Positions 1 through 12,689 of a stretch of 64,000 nt of DNA are shown here, piece after piece. The notes below the pieces were generated by a model, which made no database searches, was not told the origin of the DNA, and saw nothing but the letters and a program-made list of their open reading frames with translations. The stretch is from Moniliella sp. 'wahieum'. Lineage: Eukaryota. A program made the translations under genes and the position numbers. The number at the start of each line of letters is the position of its first letter. Positions within the stretch are counted from its first letter, which is position 1. Location of the stretch: the NCBI GenBank assembly GCA_003971905.1, contig RSEE01000001.1, positions 1,488,001 through 1,552,000 on the forward strand. The letters are read 5' to 3'.

Positions 1-27
1 CTGAAAAGGCCCATACTCACAGGAAAC

Positions 28-1631
28 TCAAAGCGTACCATACGTGGTACCCTCATCTTCCTCATCGTCATCCCCATCCAAGGCTTGGAGCCGGCGGTCA
101 CCCTCGCGCTTAGTGAACCACAGCAGGCAGAGAGCCACTCCCGCTGTGACGGTAGTCATGAGAACATTGATGGGGGTCGGGTTTCCGCCCAGGGAACTGT
201 GCATGAACCGATCCAGCACGGCCTGGAGCATGTTAAACACCCCGCCAGAGTCATGATCAAACCATACAGTCGGCCAAAGGTAACCGGGCCAAACACCTTG
301 GCCGCCAATTCGGTGGTGACAGAATAGTAAAAGGGGCGGTACATGACCAGCACCACACCCAACAGGTTCAACCAGAATGAGTGGAACCAGCCCAGAACGC
401 CGGTCAGAACGCTGGCAGAGCAAAGTACTTCCAAGACTTGGAACGTGGTAAGACCATCGAGCAGCATACCAATGAAGGGGATTGCCACCACCCCTCCCGC
501 TGGAAGAGCTACATCGAACACATTGCCAATGGTCGCTGCGCCCACCGGGCCGATCAAGTAAAGTTCCTGAGCTCCAACCGTGGAGATGAAAAAGTTGATG
601 CGCACATGCAAATGCAAGTCATGATGAGAATGAGGGCAAACCAGAGGGTGCCAATTTGCTGCTGGCCGACAAGCCATCCAAGACACCGAAAATCCCGCCC
701 GTCTTGCGGATCAAGCGCTCCGTTACGTCCTGGTGGGCTTGGCCATCCATGATCCTGCCGCCCTCGGGCACGCTGCTGACGATGCTGAATGCACTCGTGC
801 CAGCCGCCACGCCTCCTTGGTTGCCCCCAATCCGACCAAAGGAGGACAAGTTTTCCTGGTGCTGGTCGAGAAGATGCTCGTGCTCAGTAGCCTCGGTCGC
901 TGCATCCGCAATCTCGGACGTGGGCTTGACTCCACCAGCCGTGTAGCTCTCGTGGGGCATAATAAAGAGCTGGCAGAGCAAGATGAAGCAGGGGACGATC
1001 AAGTAGCAACGGAAAAAGGTGGCGATGGAGATTCCATGGGATGCATGCTGGTAGGCCAAACGGTAAAAGAGGAAGAGGGCAGAGGAGGTGTCAAACGCGC
1101 CCGTGATAGCCGCCAAACCTACCCGAATGGTCGGGCACAGCATTGGCCAGCTGGAAGGTGGAGATGAAACGAAAGGCCCGCCGAGCGCCAGCACAGAGTA
1201 GCCGACCAAAAAGGGATCAAACCAACTGGCGGAAGGATGCTCGCTTAGCAGCAACGCGCCCAGGGTAAGAAAGAAGAAGACGCCCACGAAGCCACAGGCG
1301 CGGGGCCCTTGTGGTCGAGGATGGCTCCGACAAGCAGCGATACGGCGTTGGTTGAACCAGCAGCGACGGTCCACATAAAGTTGAGCTTGAGGTCCTGCTC
1401 GAGGCAGGGGGCCTGGCCAGGCAGACACAGATCAGCATACACGCCCTCGGCGACAAAGACGGGCTTGATGGCGGCAAAGCCAAAGCAGATGCCTGCGGAG
1501 AGGAGGAGACACCATGTGATGGCACACGAGATCTGAACCCAGGGACGGCCATGATGGGCGACACACGGGGGGGCGGTGCTGGCAGAGAAGGTGGACCCGG
1601 GAGAGGGAGACAAGAGCACCAGATCAACCAA
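28..1631 (-). CDS. FMP42: FMP42-like MFS transporter (LAT3/SLC43-like), split by indels
   Basis: Fragments in ORFs 1245-1631 (WVQISCAITWCLLLSAGICFGFAAIKPV), 619-1428 (AITGAFDTSSALFLFYRL), 156-686 (RINFFISTV, YRPFYYS, KVFGPVTFGRLYGL) and 28-423 form one hydrophobic transporter; start approximate. Confidence 0.85.
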
Positions 1632-2116
1632 TCCATAAGCACATTTGAGAATTTCTCGGCTGCTGCGTTCGACATGTGTTCAAGCAGCAGGCGGCAGTGT
1701 GGGCAGTACACAGTAGCGTGGATCATCGATCGGCAGGCACGGCACGGCGGGAGTCGGTGGGATTGTACATCACGCGTGGCACGTGATGTGTGTGATGCAC
1801 GGTCCCCTTTTATTCATTTTAGCCAAACTCTGGACAGAACAGCGCCCCCAACAGCGCTCTCCTCTCCAGGAAAAGCCGCTGGTTGAGCTCAGCTCAGCCG
1901 CCAGCTGAGCCGCTCCGTAACTCAGCGCGCTCAGTGCGTACTCACGACCTCCGTACTCCCCGTTTACCATTTCCTCAGTACACAGTCTCCGTATCTGTCG
2001 CAACGCGTGTGCCTTGCTATCTCTGCGGTGCTATCTGCCAGGCCATCTGCTCTGCTATAATCGTGTCTCATCACCGGTCACCGGTCACCGCCCCCCACAC
2101 TGTCCACCCACACCTC

Positions 2117-3570
2117 TCAGAACGGCCACAGGTCCAACGCGTTGACGCTGTCCTGGAGAAAGGCATGGGCCAGCGCATCGTCCTGCTGGCGCGCCATGCT
2201 CAGTGCCGCTCCACCGCCGAGTCGGATACAGTGGCACGGAACGACTTTTGGCTCGGCAGTTGTGTCGGTAACAATGGCAAGCTGATCGGAGGAGGCGGGT
2301 GGTGGTGTGCGCCGATGCTCAGGAGGCTTTAGTACAATTGGTGCCACCTGTGCCTCCAACAGCGTAGCATAGTATGTGTTCGAGCAAGGGCCAGGTTGCG
2401 CCGCTCCCTGACAAAACGGCTCGGTCGGGATGCGGCTAATTGAAGGTGGCGACAGAATTGGTAGGGCGATGCCTGCTGGTGCCTGCGGCCGTTGGGTCCC
2501 ACCCTTGATACTCCGGTCCCAGAGCGACGACATCAATTGCATCCGTCTTGGGTCTGAACCAAAGAAAGCCTCCCACCAATTACTTGTCCTTGGTCAGATT
2601 AGGCAAAAGCAAGGCCAGCCAACTAAGCATTCATGAAGGCAAAATATTGTGCTGGGCGAACCTGTGGCCTGTCCCGTGGAACGGCATCTTGCTCAACTTG
2701 GGACGGACCGGCTTGAAAACCAATCATCCAGAGCATCATCGTCCTCCAGTTCATTCCCATCCTCCGTAAACTTGCGCTTGCCCTCCTTGCTCTTCTTGAC
2801 TTGATTTAAGTGAGACTGCCACGCGTGTGTCAAGCTCTGTAATCAAGAATTGGTTCGAGTCTTCTTGTTTGTTGGGGACAGGCGTGAAGAGAAGAATGAG
2901 AAACTGGAGAGCGTGAGCACGAGGGCGCATTGGCAGCCTTCACTTCCCTGGAACACAACATGGGTTCCCTCCGGACGTATCTAGAGTCTCTCCACGTCAA
3001 ACAGTCCAAAAGGGCACAAGGAGGTGGAGGGTACGCATACGCCAGTTCCCTTAGCGTAGCAAAGCGCGCATCGTCATACTTGTCCAAAAGTTCGTTCGCA
3101 AAACACTTGCGAACGTCTTCCAACACGGGGGCCCCACAAGTGCCATAAAACTGCTTTCGATCGTGCTGTCGTCTGATTTGAAGCTGAGATGAGAGTAGGG
3201 TGCTGGTCCCAAGAAGAGAGTCGCGATTATCGATGAATCTGGATGCCTGCGTGCAGTCTTGAGCTGGCAGGCAATGCAGCCTTGTCATATGTCAGCCGCC
3301 TGGCCCATGTTGACCCACACGGCGTGAGCCGCAGGACGACATTGAGGATCCCAGCAAGTGTTGCTTGTGGTATTAGAGGGTAAGGCCAAGATGGGCAGAG
3401 CGGAGGTGGAGCTGTTTGTCGCCTGGTCCCACCGCCCTTGCCCTCCCTTGCACAAGCGCGTCTCACCAGTATGACGTTGGGCGACTCAGTGGGATGTGTA
3501 GTAGCACCCCACTTGCCCCACCTTTTTCAACCCTCATAACTCATTCCTTGGGCATCATCGATGGCCATGC
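2117..3570 (-). CDS. Possible hypothetical protein (fragmented)
   Basis: Consecutive protein-like minus-strand ORFs (2830-3288, 2117-2542); no family recognised; faint resemblance to the orphan family. Confidence 0.25.
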
Positions 3571-4011
3571 ATCATGCATCATGGCAGCAACGTTAGCGTT
3601 AGCGCGCGTTAGCAACAGTCGGTGCTCTGCTCGCGAGGCCTCTGCCTGGTCGACCTAATTGATCCTCCTGGCCCTTGATGCTAGCTTGATGATTCTCCTT
3701 CCAGTGCAAAAAATAGGCGGCGCACACTACATGGCGCAGTCGTGGGCCGGTATAGTGATATCAGAGGTAATAGGACGACCCTCCCAACCCCTCAGCAAAG
3801 GCTCCGACAGCTCAGACTTGCAGGCTCCCAGGCGGGAGGGGGGTGGGGCCAGAACCCAAAACACGCCGTAGGGGAAAAGGTGTACGTAACGTCCCCGCAT
3901 TTTGGCCCCCCAAGGTAGGTAATACGGTGGGAACAACCGAGTACTTGGAAGCCCGAATTGGCGTCCAGTACCCAGTACCCAGGGGTTTTGCTCGCCACCG
4001 CCACAACTGCC

Positions 4012-4722
4012 ATGTCCTCGTCCCCCATCCTTCCTCCCAATGCAAGCCGCCTGGCCCAAACCCAACAACTGAGTACGCTTCGTTCTCTGTTAAGCCCGGA
4101 AGGAGAAGAAGTACTAACCCCACTGCAGAGGCCTTGCTCACGATCATCCGGGACAAGACCACCTCCCGCGCCGACTTCATTTTCTACTCGGACCGTGTCA
4201 TCCGCCTCATTGTCGAGGAAGGTCTCAACCACCTTCCCACTCACAGCAAGAAAGTCACCACGCCCACAGCAGCGAGTACGATGGCCTCGAGTTTGAGGGG
4301 CACATTTGTGGGGTCCATCCTTCGGGTGGAGAGGCGATGGAGGCAGGCCTGCGCGAATGGTCGGTCGGTGCGGATTGGCAAGATCCTGATCCAACGCGAC
4401 GAGCAGACTGCCCAGCCGAAAACTGTTCTACGCTAAGCTTCCGCAGGACATTGCCAATCGCTGGGTCCTCCTGCTGGACCCCATGTTGGCCACGGGCGGT
4501 AGTGCCATCCAAGCGATGCAAGTGCTGGTGGACCATGGGGTGAACCCCGAACGCATTCTCTTTCTTAATGTGCTAGCAGCCCCAGAGGGCCTGGCGGCAG
4601 TGTACAAGCGCTTCCCCCAGATCAAGGTCATCTCGGCCTGGGTCGATGACGGGTTGGATGAAAAGAATTACATCCGCCCCGGCCTTTCCGACTTTGGCGA
4701 CCTGTACTACTCCGGCCGCTAA
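4012..4722 (+). CDS. FUR1: Uracil phosphoribosyltransferase
   Basis: LLTIIRDKTTSRADFIFYSDRVIRLIVEEGLNHLP, RIGKILIQRDE, LLDPMLATGGSA, YIRPGLSDFGDLY; intron 4073-4128 (GTACGC..CTAAC..CAG); indels. Confidence 0.95.
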
Positions 4723-5231
4723 CCCTCTGCTCCTCCTTTCTCGGCTTCCGAGTGCCATTCCCTACTAGCAACAATACCAATTTGAACCTACCCATCACGC
4801 CCCCACCGGGCCCAATATACAATGCAATCCCTTCCCACGAAAGGTACCAGAAGTTGCCCAGATGGGATCAGTTGGCCAGGGCAACCTATCTTTCGATCAC
4901 GCATGTAGTCTCGGGCCCAGTGGCGGGATGGTCCGCATCGTGAGCTCGAACTGGGCTTATTGTTCGTGCATGGCTACCTTCTTCTTCCAAGGGAAGCGGT
5001 CCACCATAGCTCCCTATAGTCATTGGCTTCCAGGTTCACATCCCAGTTCCAGTCCCACACTCTTCCCTCATCCCTCATCCCTCAGGCCTCATACCTGTCG
5101 TCTTACACCCGCCCACCACTTCTGCCCACGTGCGGCCCTTCTCGCCGTACCCAAACCCATCCTCGCGCTCATCCCCCCGCGTTGAACTGTTCTGGATACC
5201 ACTGAACTGCGCCAAGGAAAAGTACCCCCCT

Positions 5232-5265
5232 TCAAGCTTCAAGCTTCAAGCTTCAAGCTTCAAGC
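5232..5265. repeat. (TCAAGCT)4.9 heptamer array
   Basis: tcaagct x4 followed by tcaagc. Confidence 0.95.
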
Positions 5266-5770
5266 CTGACCAACTGTTTTGCTTGCTCTTGGCAGTCGGC
5301 CGCCGCACCGGAACCCAAAAGTGGTCCGGATCGTAGACCAGAGCAGAGTTACCCCAAGCTACACCCAGAACCTTCACTCTTCACTTCCGTGCACTGAGCA
5401 AGTGAATTCAGATGGCCGAGACGCGGATCCGCGTGACCTGCACCAAACTCTCCAATTCCAATCGCGACGCAGCGGATAAAACGCACGATGCTACGGCTCT
5501 AGCTCTATCCTCCTCGGCAGTAGCAGGCGCCTCCATCCATCCAACACGCAAACCAACGAATCGAAACGTTCTACAATCAAAGGGAAAGAACATGGGAGTC
5601 GAGAGAAGGCTCATGGGTGCAATCTGGCATAGCAAGGGACACATTCGTCCCTCTGCGCGTCCGAGGAAAGGCGCGGTTGCCATGATCCATGTTCCCGGGA
5701 AACCAAGCCCCATGCAAGACACGAGGTATACAGTCGCGGAGCGCTGCCTGCGTAAAAGTCAGCTGACTCT

Positions 5771-6562
5771 TTACGCCTCGGGCTTGGCCTCTGGCGCCGC
5801 CTCAGGCGGAACCTCGGCCTCGGGAGCAGGGGGCTGCGCCTGCTCGTGCTCCTGCATGTCCGACGTCCAGAGCGTAAGGTTGTCGCGGAGCAACTGCATG
5901 ATCAGGGTCGAGTCCTTGTAAGACTCCTCCGACAGCGTGTCCAGCTCCGCAATCGCATCGTCAAACGCCTGCTTGGCCAGGTGGCACGCACGGTCAGGCG
6001 AGTTCAAAATCTCATAGTAGAACACAGAGAAGTTGAGTGCCAAGCCGAGACGGATGGGGTGGGTAGGCGGGGAGGTCCTTGACGGCAACGTCCGAAGCGG
6101 CCTGGTACGCCTCCAACGACTTGTCCGCCGCCTCCTTCCTCCGCTCGCCCGAGGCAAACTCGGCAAGGTACGGTAGTAGTCGCCCTTCATCTTGTGGTAG
6201 AATACCTTGCTCTCGCCCGACTGCGCCGAGGGAATAAGGTGCTTGTCAAGGACAGCAAGAATGTCCTCGCAGATCTTGGCCAGCTCCGCCTCAATCTTCT
6301 CGCGGTACGTCTTGATCATGGCAACGTGGTGCTCGTTGCCCTTGCTCTCCTCCTTCTGCTCAATCGACGAGGCAATGCGCCACGAGGCACGGCGGGCGCC
6401 AATAACGTTCTTGTAAGCGACAGAGAGCAAGTTGCGCTCCTCGATGGTCAGCTCCTGGTCGGTCGAGGCAACGGTCTTCATCTGCTCGACCATCTCCTCG
6501 TACCGCTCGGCCTGCTCAGCGAGCTTGGCAAGGTACACAGCGTCTTCACGGGGCGCAGACAT
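5771..6562 (-). CDS. BMH1: 14-3-3 protein
   Basis: [71 protein letters not shown]; short compensated frameshift near 6070-6170. Confidence 0.98.
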   Translation of the reverse strand: MSAPREDAVYLAKLAEQAERYEEMVEQMKTVASTDQELTIEERNLLSVAYKNVIGARRASWRIASSIEQKEESKGNEHHVAMIKTYREKIEAELAKICEDILAVLDKHLIPSAQSGESKVFYHKMKGDYYRTLPSLPRASGGRRRRTSRWRRTRPLRTLPSRTSPPTHPIRLGLALNFSVFYYEILNSPDRACHLAKQAFDDAIAELDTLSEESYKDSTLIMQLLRDNLTLWTSDMQEHEQAQPPAPEAEVPPEAAPEAKPEA

Positions 6563-6572
6563 GGTGTTTCAA

Positions 6573-6606
6573 CTGAAGGAGCAGAGAAAGAAAGGGTGGA
6601 TTAGTC
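6573..6606 (-). other. Branch point and 3' splice acceptor of a probable 5'-UTR intron of the 14-3-3 gene
   Basis: Minus strand GACTAAT, pyrimidine tract, then CAG ending 10 nt before the ATG. Confidence 0.6.
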
Positions 6607-8639
6607 AAAGAGCCAGACTCCAGCACGGGTGCCATTGGGTGCGTCCAGCCAGACACGCCGCCTCGTGGCCTAGCTCCCTGGCTCCCTGGCCGCCCGCCTC
6701 CGTGCCGTGTGTGGGCAGGAGAGGGGAGGGGGGGAGGGGGGTGGCGCTGGCCCGTGCGCACGCGGTACATGCGGAGGTGGGTGCGGGTGCGAGGACGGAG
6801 GCGGGTGGCGGCAGGAGGACAGCAGGCAGCAGGGGGATGTGCTCACAGGACGAGGGGGGGCGGGCGGAAGCGGGCAGCGGGAGGCGGGACAGGTGGTGGT
6901 GTGGGTGTGGGAGGGCGGCCGACGGGGAGCAGGCGCGCCGGCGGGGCGTGTGAAGCGGCGGGAAGGGCAGGCACTGCCCCTGTGCGGGAGCGGACGCAGC
7001 GCCCGGATGCGGCAGGGGCGTGCGCACGCACACTGGCGCCGTGCGTGGTTCTATCTACTTCTGCCCGAGGGATTCACCACACTGCGCCGGTGGGCCCTGG
7101 TGCGGTGGCCCCAGCTTCTTACGTAAGCAGCCTGCCTCGGGGCCAGGGCAGGCGCGAGGCACGGGGCAGCCAGCAGCGCCGCGCCAGCGTGGTGGGGCGC
7201 TGGCTGGCTGCTGCGCCCACTCGCACCAGCTGTCCCGCCGCGCTCGACGCTCGCTTGCTGGCCCTCTGTATATCCACGCTGCGCCGACCAATGCCATCCT
7301 CCCGACGGCGTTTCCCAAGCCCACAGGACCTGCTTTTGCTCGTCAGTCACACCCATCCCATCTCAGCCTCCACCAACCGCATCAGGAGCAGCCTCTTCCG
7401 TCCTCGCCCTCGCTCCCCATCCGTGGGCGCTTTTTTTGTTGCCGGCAGTACTCGGTTCCATCGGGGACGCCGCCACAGCCGTGTCCTTTCGGGTAGGCGT
7501 TGTCTTCTCCCTCCTTGGCCTCCCTCCTTGGCTGGCCGTGTCCTTCCCCACCTCTCCATATCTGTTCAGGGGAGGAAGCGTCACTCGCCCTCTCGGAAAC
7601 TTGTACCTGTTGGACTATCCTCACGGCATGCATGGCGCACCGTGTCCTGGCAACCGGACCACGTTGTCGGCGACGGGTCCTCCAGTGGGGCCCATGACGA
7701 TGTGTCTCTATATCTGCATAGCCTACAGAGGCTTCATTACCACAATCCCTTCAACACAGGAAAGACGCTGCGGGGCGACCGAGGGTTGCACAGCCTGGTA
7801 GCTCCGCCCAGTTGTGGGGCGGGTGGGGCCCCGACCCAGTCCAGTTCCGCAGCGGAAACGCCCGCGAGGTGGCTCGTTGCTCTTCCTCTTGCTTTTCCAT
7901 AACTTCGGTGCCCATCACGTAATCCCTTTCGAGCTTGGGCAGTGCGCCTAGACAGGTCCTGGACCATCTGATTAGGTCAGTCTGGTAGGGGTAAGAGGTG
8001 GGCACGCCTGGCCACTTGTAAGCTATACTGCACATGGCGCGGTCCGGAGCCCACGCCTCACGCCTTTTCTACTCGACTGTGGACGGGTGCTGCCCCCCAC
8101 GCGACGGCACGCGGATGAATCAGAGATGGTTTTGCACGCAACGCAGGCGGCAGGACAGGAGCGGCAGATGACGAGTCCAAGCAATTGGGGGAAGGGGAGG
8201 GGGATCGGATCAAGCTTCGGACTTGAATAAGTGTCCGTCAAAATCAAGATCAAGGGCAAGATCTTGATCTTGATCTTGATCGAGCTCGTCCAGTGGAAGA
8301 GACAGTGATGATACCGAGCGCAGGGGATGGACAGGGAACCACAGAGGGACGGAATGGAATGCAGGTGCGACCAGGAGCGGAAGGAAAGAGCATGTGGTGC
8401 ACAAACGGAATGCTTGAAGCACCGTGCTGGGAGGAATGGGAATGGGATGGGAATGAGGCCGATGAAGGAGTTCGACAAGTGGAGAGAGAGCGAGACATAG
8501 AGAGCAAAAAGATAGAGACACAGAGACACTGGAGAGAGCGCCAGAAGACATTTGCAGCAAAAACCAAGAAAGGCATAGTGATGGGGGGGGTAGATGGGGT
8601 TTTGGATCTCAGAGATTGGCCAACGCTTCCGCTTGCGAA

Positions 8640-11600
8640 TCAAACTCTTGCCACGACGGATGGGAAGCAAGGGCTTGGAAGGGGAGAGTTGCTTGTGCAG
8701 CTCAACGGCCTCCTGGAGCGATGTGGCGGTGAAGGTGCGGATCTGGGTGCTGTCCGGGGCCAAGGTGGGACAGGAAGGGAAGCGTGGCCCGACTCCATCT
8801 GGACAACGAGCGTGGAACGGTGCGGGCTGTCGGGGTGGATGTAGGTGTTGAACAGGTGCTGGACCGTGCTGAGCGGAGTCGAGCGTACCATCTCGGCCAT
8901 GCGATGGGTATGGGCAAAGTCGTACGTATTGCCCGCGATCGCTTGCCACATCCGCCCAGACTCTTCCGACATACTCTTGGACTCCTGCATGGTGGCTGCA
9001 TACGCTGCCCGGGGCGGCGTACGTGTCGGGCGTCATGTTTTGCAGCAGGGGCGCCAGCTTGGTCCGGAGAAAGTCCTCGGCGCAACGGAGGAGCGAGCTG
9101 GCATCGTATTCCGACTGAATCGTCATGGACAAACCCATCGAGTTGTCATGGAAGACAGATTGGACAAAGACAATGTACCCCAGCTGTTGGGTCGTGCGCA
9201 GCTCGTCAAACGCAGGTTGCCGAGCAATGCTCACCAGCAATCCCAGTGCCGCACTGGTAGATAGATCGTCCAGTGTGGCCCGCGAATTTGAGCATAGCGC
9301 ACCATGGCCGAGTTGACTTCCGCTGGGTCAGAAGGAGTGAGGTGGAGGATGGTGTCACTCTGTGGCGGGAGAAGGAGACTGTAGGGTCCCACACACCGCT
9401 CCTTCTCGTCAATCGGGTCGAAAGAGAGTGTCTCTTCCACCAAGTTGCGCAGCGCCAACGCATCGTGCGCCTCAAAGTTCCCGTGGACATAGAGTTCCGT
9501 GTGAAGATGCGACAAGCCTCGTCCCGGAACCGAACCACCTCGTCCCCCGACACGGTGACGAGCTCGGCCAGCAGCTCAGGACGCAGCCAATTGTGGTCAT
9601 GGCAGAACCAGCGGGGGTAATAAGACACTTGTTGGTACGGCGCCGACAGCGCAAAGTCGGCCCAACCCCGACGCAGACGATCCGACACGGCCGCCAGTCG
9701 TTCGGGGTTGGGAGTGAACGTCTTGAGGCGCTGGAGCACAGTGCGGAGCAGAATCGCCTGCTTGTCGTTGTACCCACTTACTGTGATGCGGAGGGAACCA
9801 TTGGAGGGGAACACAGTGTAGTTGAGCCCGGCCAGTTCGGCATCGTACGAGTACTCGGTAAGGTCATCGAGCAAAACGGTGGTCAGAGGCAGGACAGAAC
9901 GGCTTCGCGCGCATCGGCCGTGTGGGAGCGGAACTTGAGTTGGATAAAGACGTCGCCCTTGGGTTGACCAAACCGCTCGTCCGGTTGGAACCACAGACGC
10001 GTGCGTTGGGTGTTGGTCAGCAGCATCGGCTTCGTGGCCTTGTGCGGGACATGCGCGGCGCACCCCGAATCATAGGCCGGCGCACGCTAAGGTCCTGAGG
10101 AACAAATGGATTGGGACCTGGCAGAGCCAGACCAGCTGTCCGAGGTCGGGTCGGATCAAAGAGAGAAGCAGGAAGAGGGGCCAAAGAGTATTCCGTGCCA
10201 TACCACGACTCCTTTTGGTCGGGAGCGGGCACCGCCTCCGCACCTTGTGTCAAGACCGTCGGCAACGTTTGGGCCGAAAGGAATATGCGAGCTCGCTCAA
10301 GACGGAGTAGGTCCAACAGACCTTGATGGCCGGCATATCAAATTCTCGGATCTTGCTCCCGGACAAGGTCCATTCCGGCGGATAGCCTGTTGGAGGAAAC
10401 TCGAGCACTGGCACACCGTCCCCGATGCACGGCGCTTGGACTGAAATTGGAAATGAATGTCAGACAGTTGCTTTTGCTCCTCAAACGCCCATCGAGGCAG
10501 CCACCCATCGTTCTCCTCGATCGACACCCGCAGAAGATCAATGTAGTCAAACACTGCCGCCACCACGTCCTTGTAGTGGGCCAACCCCTCTTGGGTCAGG
10601 TCCATCGTGATCCGGTAAAACTCGAATCCACTCGCCCCTTCTTGCGCACCTGCCGAAAGGTAGTTGCACCACCCCATGCGCATAAGGTAGGACAGAACCG
10701 AGCCTGAACCCTCATGCCCAATAAAGTGGCCAAGGAGCGCACCGGGTTTGCTGCGCCAGTGGCGCTGGAGATCATCAATGGGGATGGTAATCTGGATCGT
10801 ACGAAGATCCTTAACCGGCTTAAAGTAGACTTGGGTGCCCAAAGCACTGGGAAGGAGTGTGTCCGCCTCAAATTTGGGCGGCAGAACATTTTTGTTGGGC
10901 ACGGCAGCAAATTTCGACACAACCATCTCCGCCAGCTGATCCAACGATTCGCGCCCAATCACGGCCAACTTCATCACATTGGCGCTGTAGTAGCGCTCGT
11001 GGAAGCGGAGCAGCTCATCGCGAACGTTGATTCCACGCTGGCGCGGGGCGGTCCAGAGTGTCTCGAGATTGCCCGTGCCGAATTTGTGGTAAGGGTGTTG
11101 GGGTTGGATAGGCTCTTGCGCAGCTGAAACGCTCGCATATGGTCGGCCTTGCAAGAGAAAGTCGAAGGAGGGAGGTTAGTGAGGTCGACGAAAAGAAAAG
11201 AGGGAGAGGGGGGAGAAGAGGAAGAGGAAGGGAAGAGGAGAGAAGAGGAAGAGGAAGAGGAAGAGGAAGAGGAAGAGAGAGGAAGAGGAAGAGGAAGAGG
11301 AAGAGGAAGAGAAGAGGAAGAGGAAGAGAAGAGGAAGAGGAAGAGGAAGAGGAAGAGGAAGAGGAGAGGAAGAGAAGAGGAAGAGGAAGAGGAAGAGGAG
11401 AGGAAGAGGAAGAGGAAGAGGACATGGGAGGAAAAGAGTAAGGAGAGCGAGCAACATACCTGGAGATTTTTTTTGTTTTCGCTATCGACCGCACGAATTT
11501 CCCGCTCGGTACAGCTCTCGTCAAAGAGTGGGGCGATGAAAAATTGAGCAAAGCGATCGAGAGCGCCATCGAGATGAGCTTGGCTAACGTCAAAAAAGTA

Positions 11601-12133
11601 TACCGTCTCGTTCATGGAAGTGTAGGCGTTACTTGAGCCAGCGTGGGTGGAGAGGAACTCGTTGTACTCGCTCTCATGGGGGTACTTTTTGGTCCCAAGG
11701 AAGAGAAGGTGCTCACAAAAGTGCGCCAGTCCTGGAAGTTCAGCAGGATCGCTCAAATGACCCACATGGACACTGAGAGAGGCAGCAGCTTTATCCGTCA
11801 CGGGGTCATGGATCAGAAGCGCTTCGAAGCCGTTGACAAGACGGACAAGACGGTATTGCCGGTCGTCGAGCTCAGGGTGCTCCAGCGGCGGAACAAACTG
11901 GGCAAACGGGGCAGGGGAGCCATCGGAGTGAGGAGAGAGGGCAGTGCGCATAACCCAGCTGGGCGACAGGTCCTCGAGGGGGCCCTTGGGCACGGGTGGA
12001 GCCGGGCCGGGAGAAGGCGCCCCGCTGACATGCGGACCAACGTGGTAAACTGGGGCATGGTGGAGAGCAGGTGGAAGCGTGTTCGGGGCGCGGGGAAGGA
12101 GTGGGGACGCAGGCTCAGGCAGCGCAGGAGCAT
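8640..12133 (-). CDS. STE23: Insulysin / a-factor processing metallopeptidase (M16A)
   Basis: [18 protein letters not shown] (HxxEH), [39 protein letters not shown]; intron 11148-11459; several indels. Confidence 0.95.
11190..11422. repeat. Pure-purine tract, mostly (GAAGAG)n, inside the STE23 intron
   Basis: About 233 nt containing only A/G on the + strand. Confidence 0.97.
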
Positions 12134-12689
12134 CCACAGCACCCACGCGCAACGGGGGGCAGGAGAGGGGGGGGGGAGGAAGGTGGTGGGGGGGACGAGG
12201 AAGGCGGTGGGGGAGGGGAAGAAAAGGGGGGAGAGGAGGGAAGCGAGTGGGAAAGAGAAGGCAACTCGTCCCTGGCAACCGGCAACTCCGCAGCGCATCG
12301 CCCGTCGTCTTCGTCACGCGCCACGGCAGCTCCGGGCGGCGAAGGACGGCGAGGGTGGGGTGAGGCCGAGGAGGGAGGGTGACTGTGCGGCCTGGAGCGT
12401 GTTATCAATCGGATCGGATGCGCCAGCCCAGCGCCGCAGCGGACGCACTGCGACGCGGGGGACTGACACTGCGCGTGTGCGGGGCGCGAGGAACACCCCC
12501 CCGTGGGACGCGCATGCTGGGCACGGCACCAGACGGCTTTGCTGAGCGCAATCGTTTGGCGGGCCAAAGCCCAGAGCGCAGAGCCCAGTCCAAAGTGCAA
12601 AGGCGGCTGCGTGCTGCCCCCGCCTGCCACAGCACAGCTCTGCCGGAAACAAGCGGAGCTTAATCTTAATCAGCACGTCTCTTTTTCCT

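Noticed and set aside
6600..8560. Long GC-rich ORFs (e.g. 6709-7902) and a Zn-finger-like CVACK motif near 8130
   Set aside because: Low-complexity translations and incomplete Cys spacing; a fragmented minus-strand gene remains possible but is unsupported
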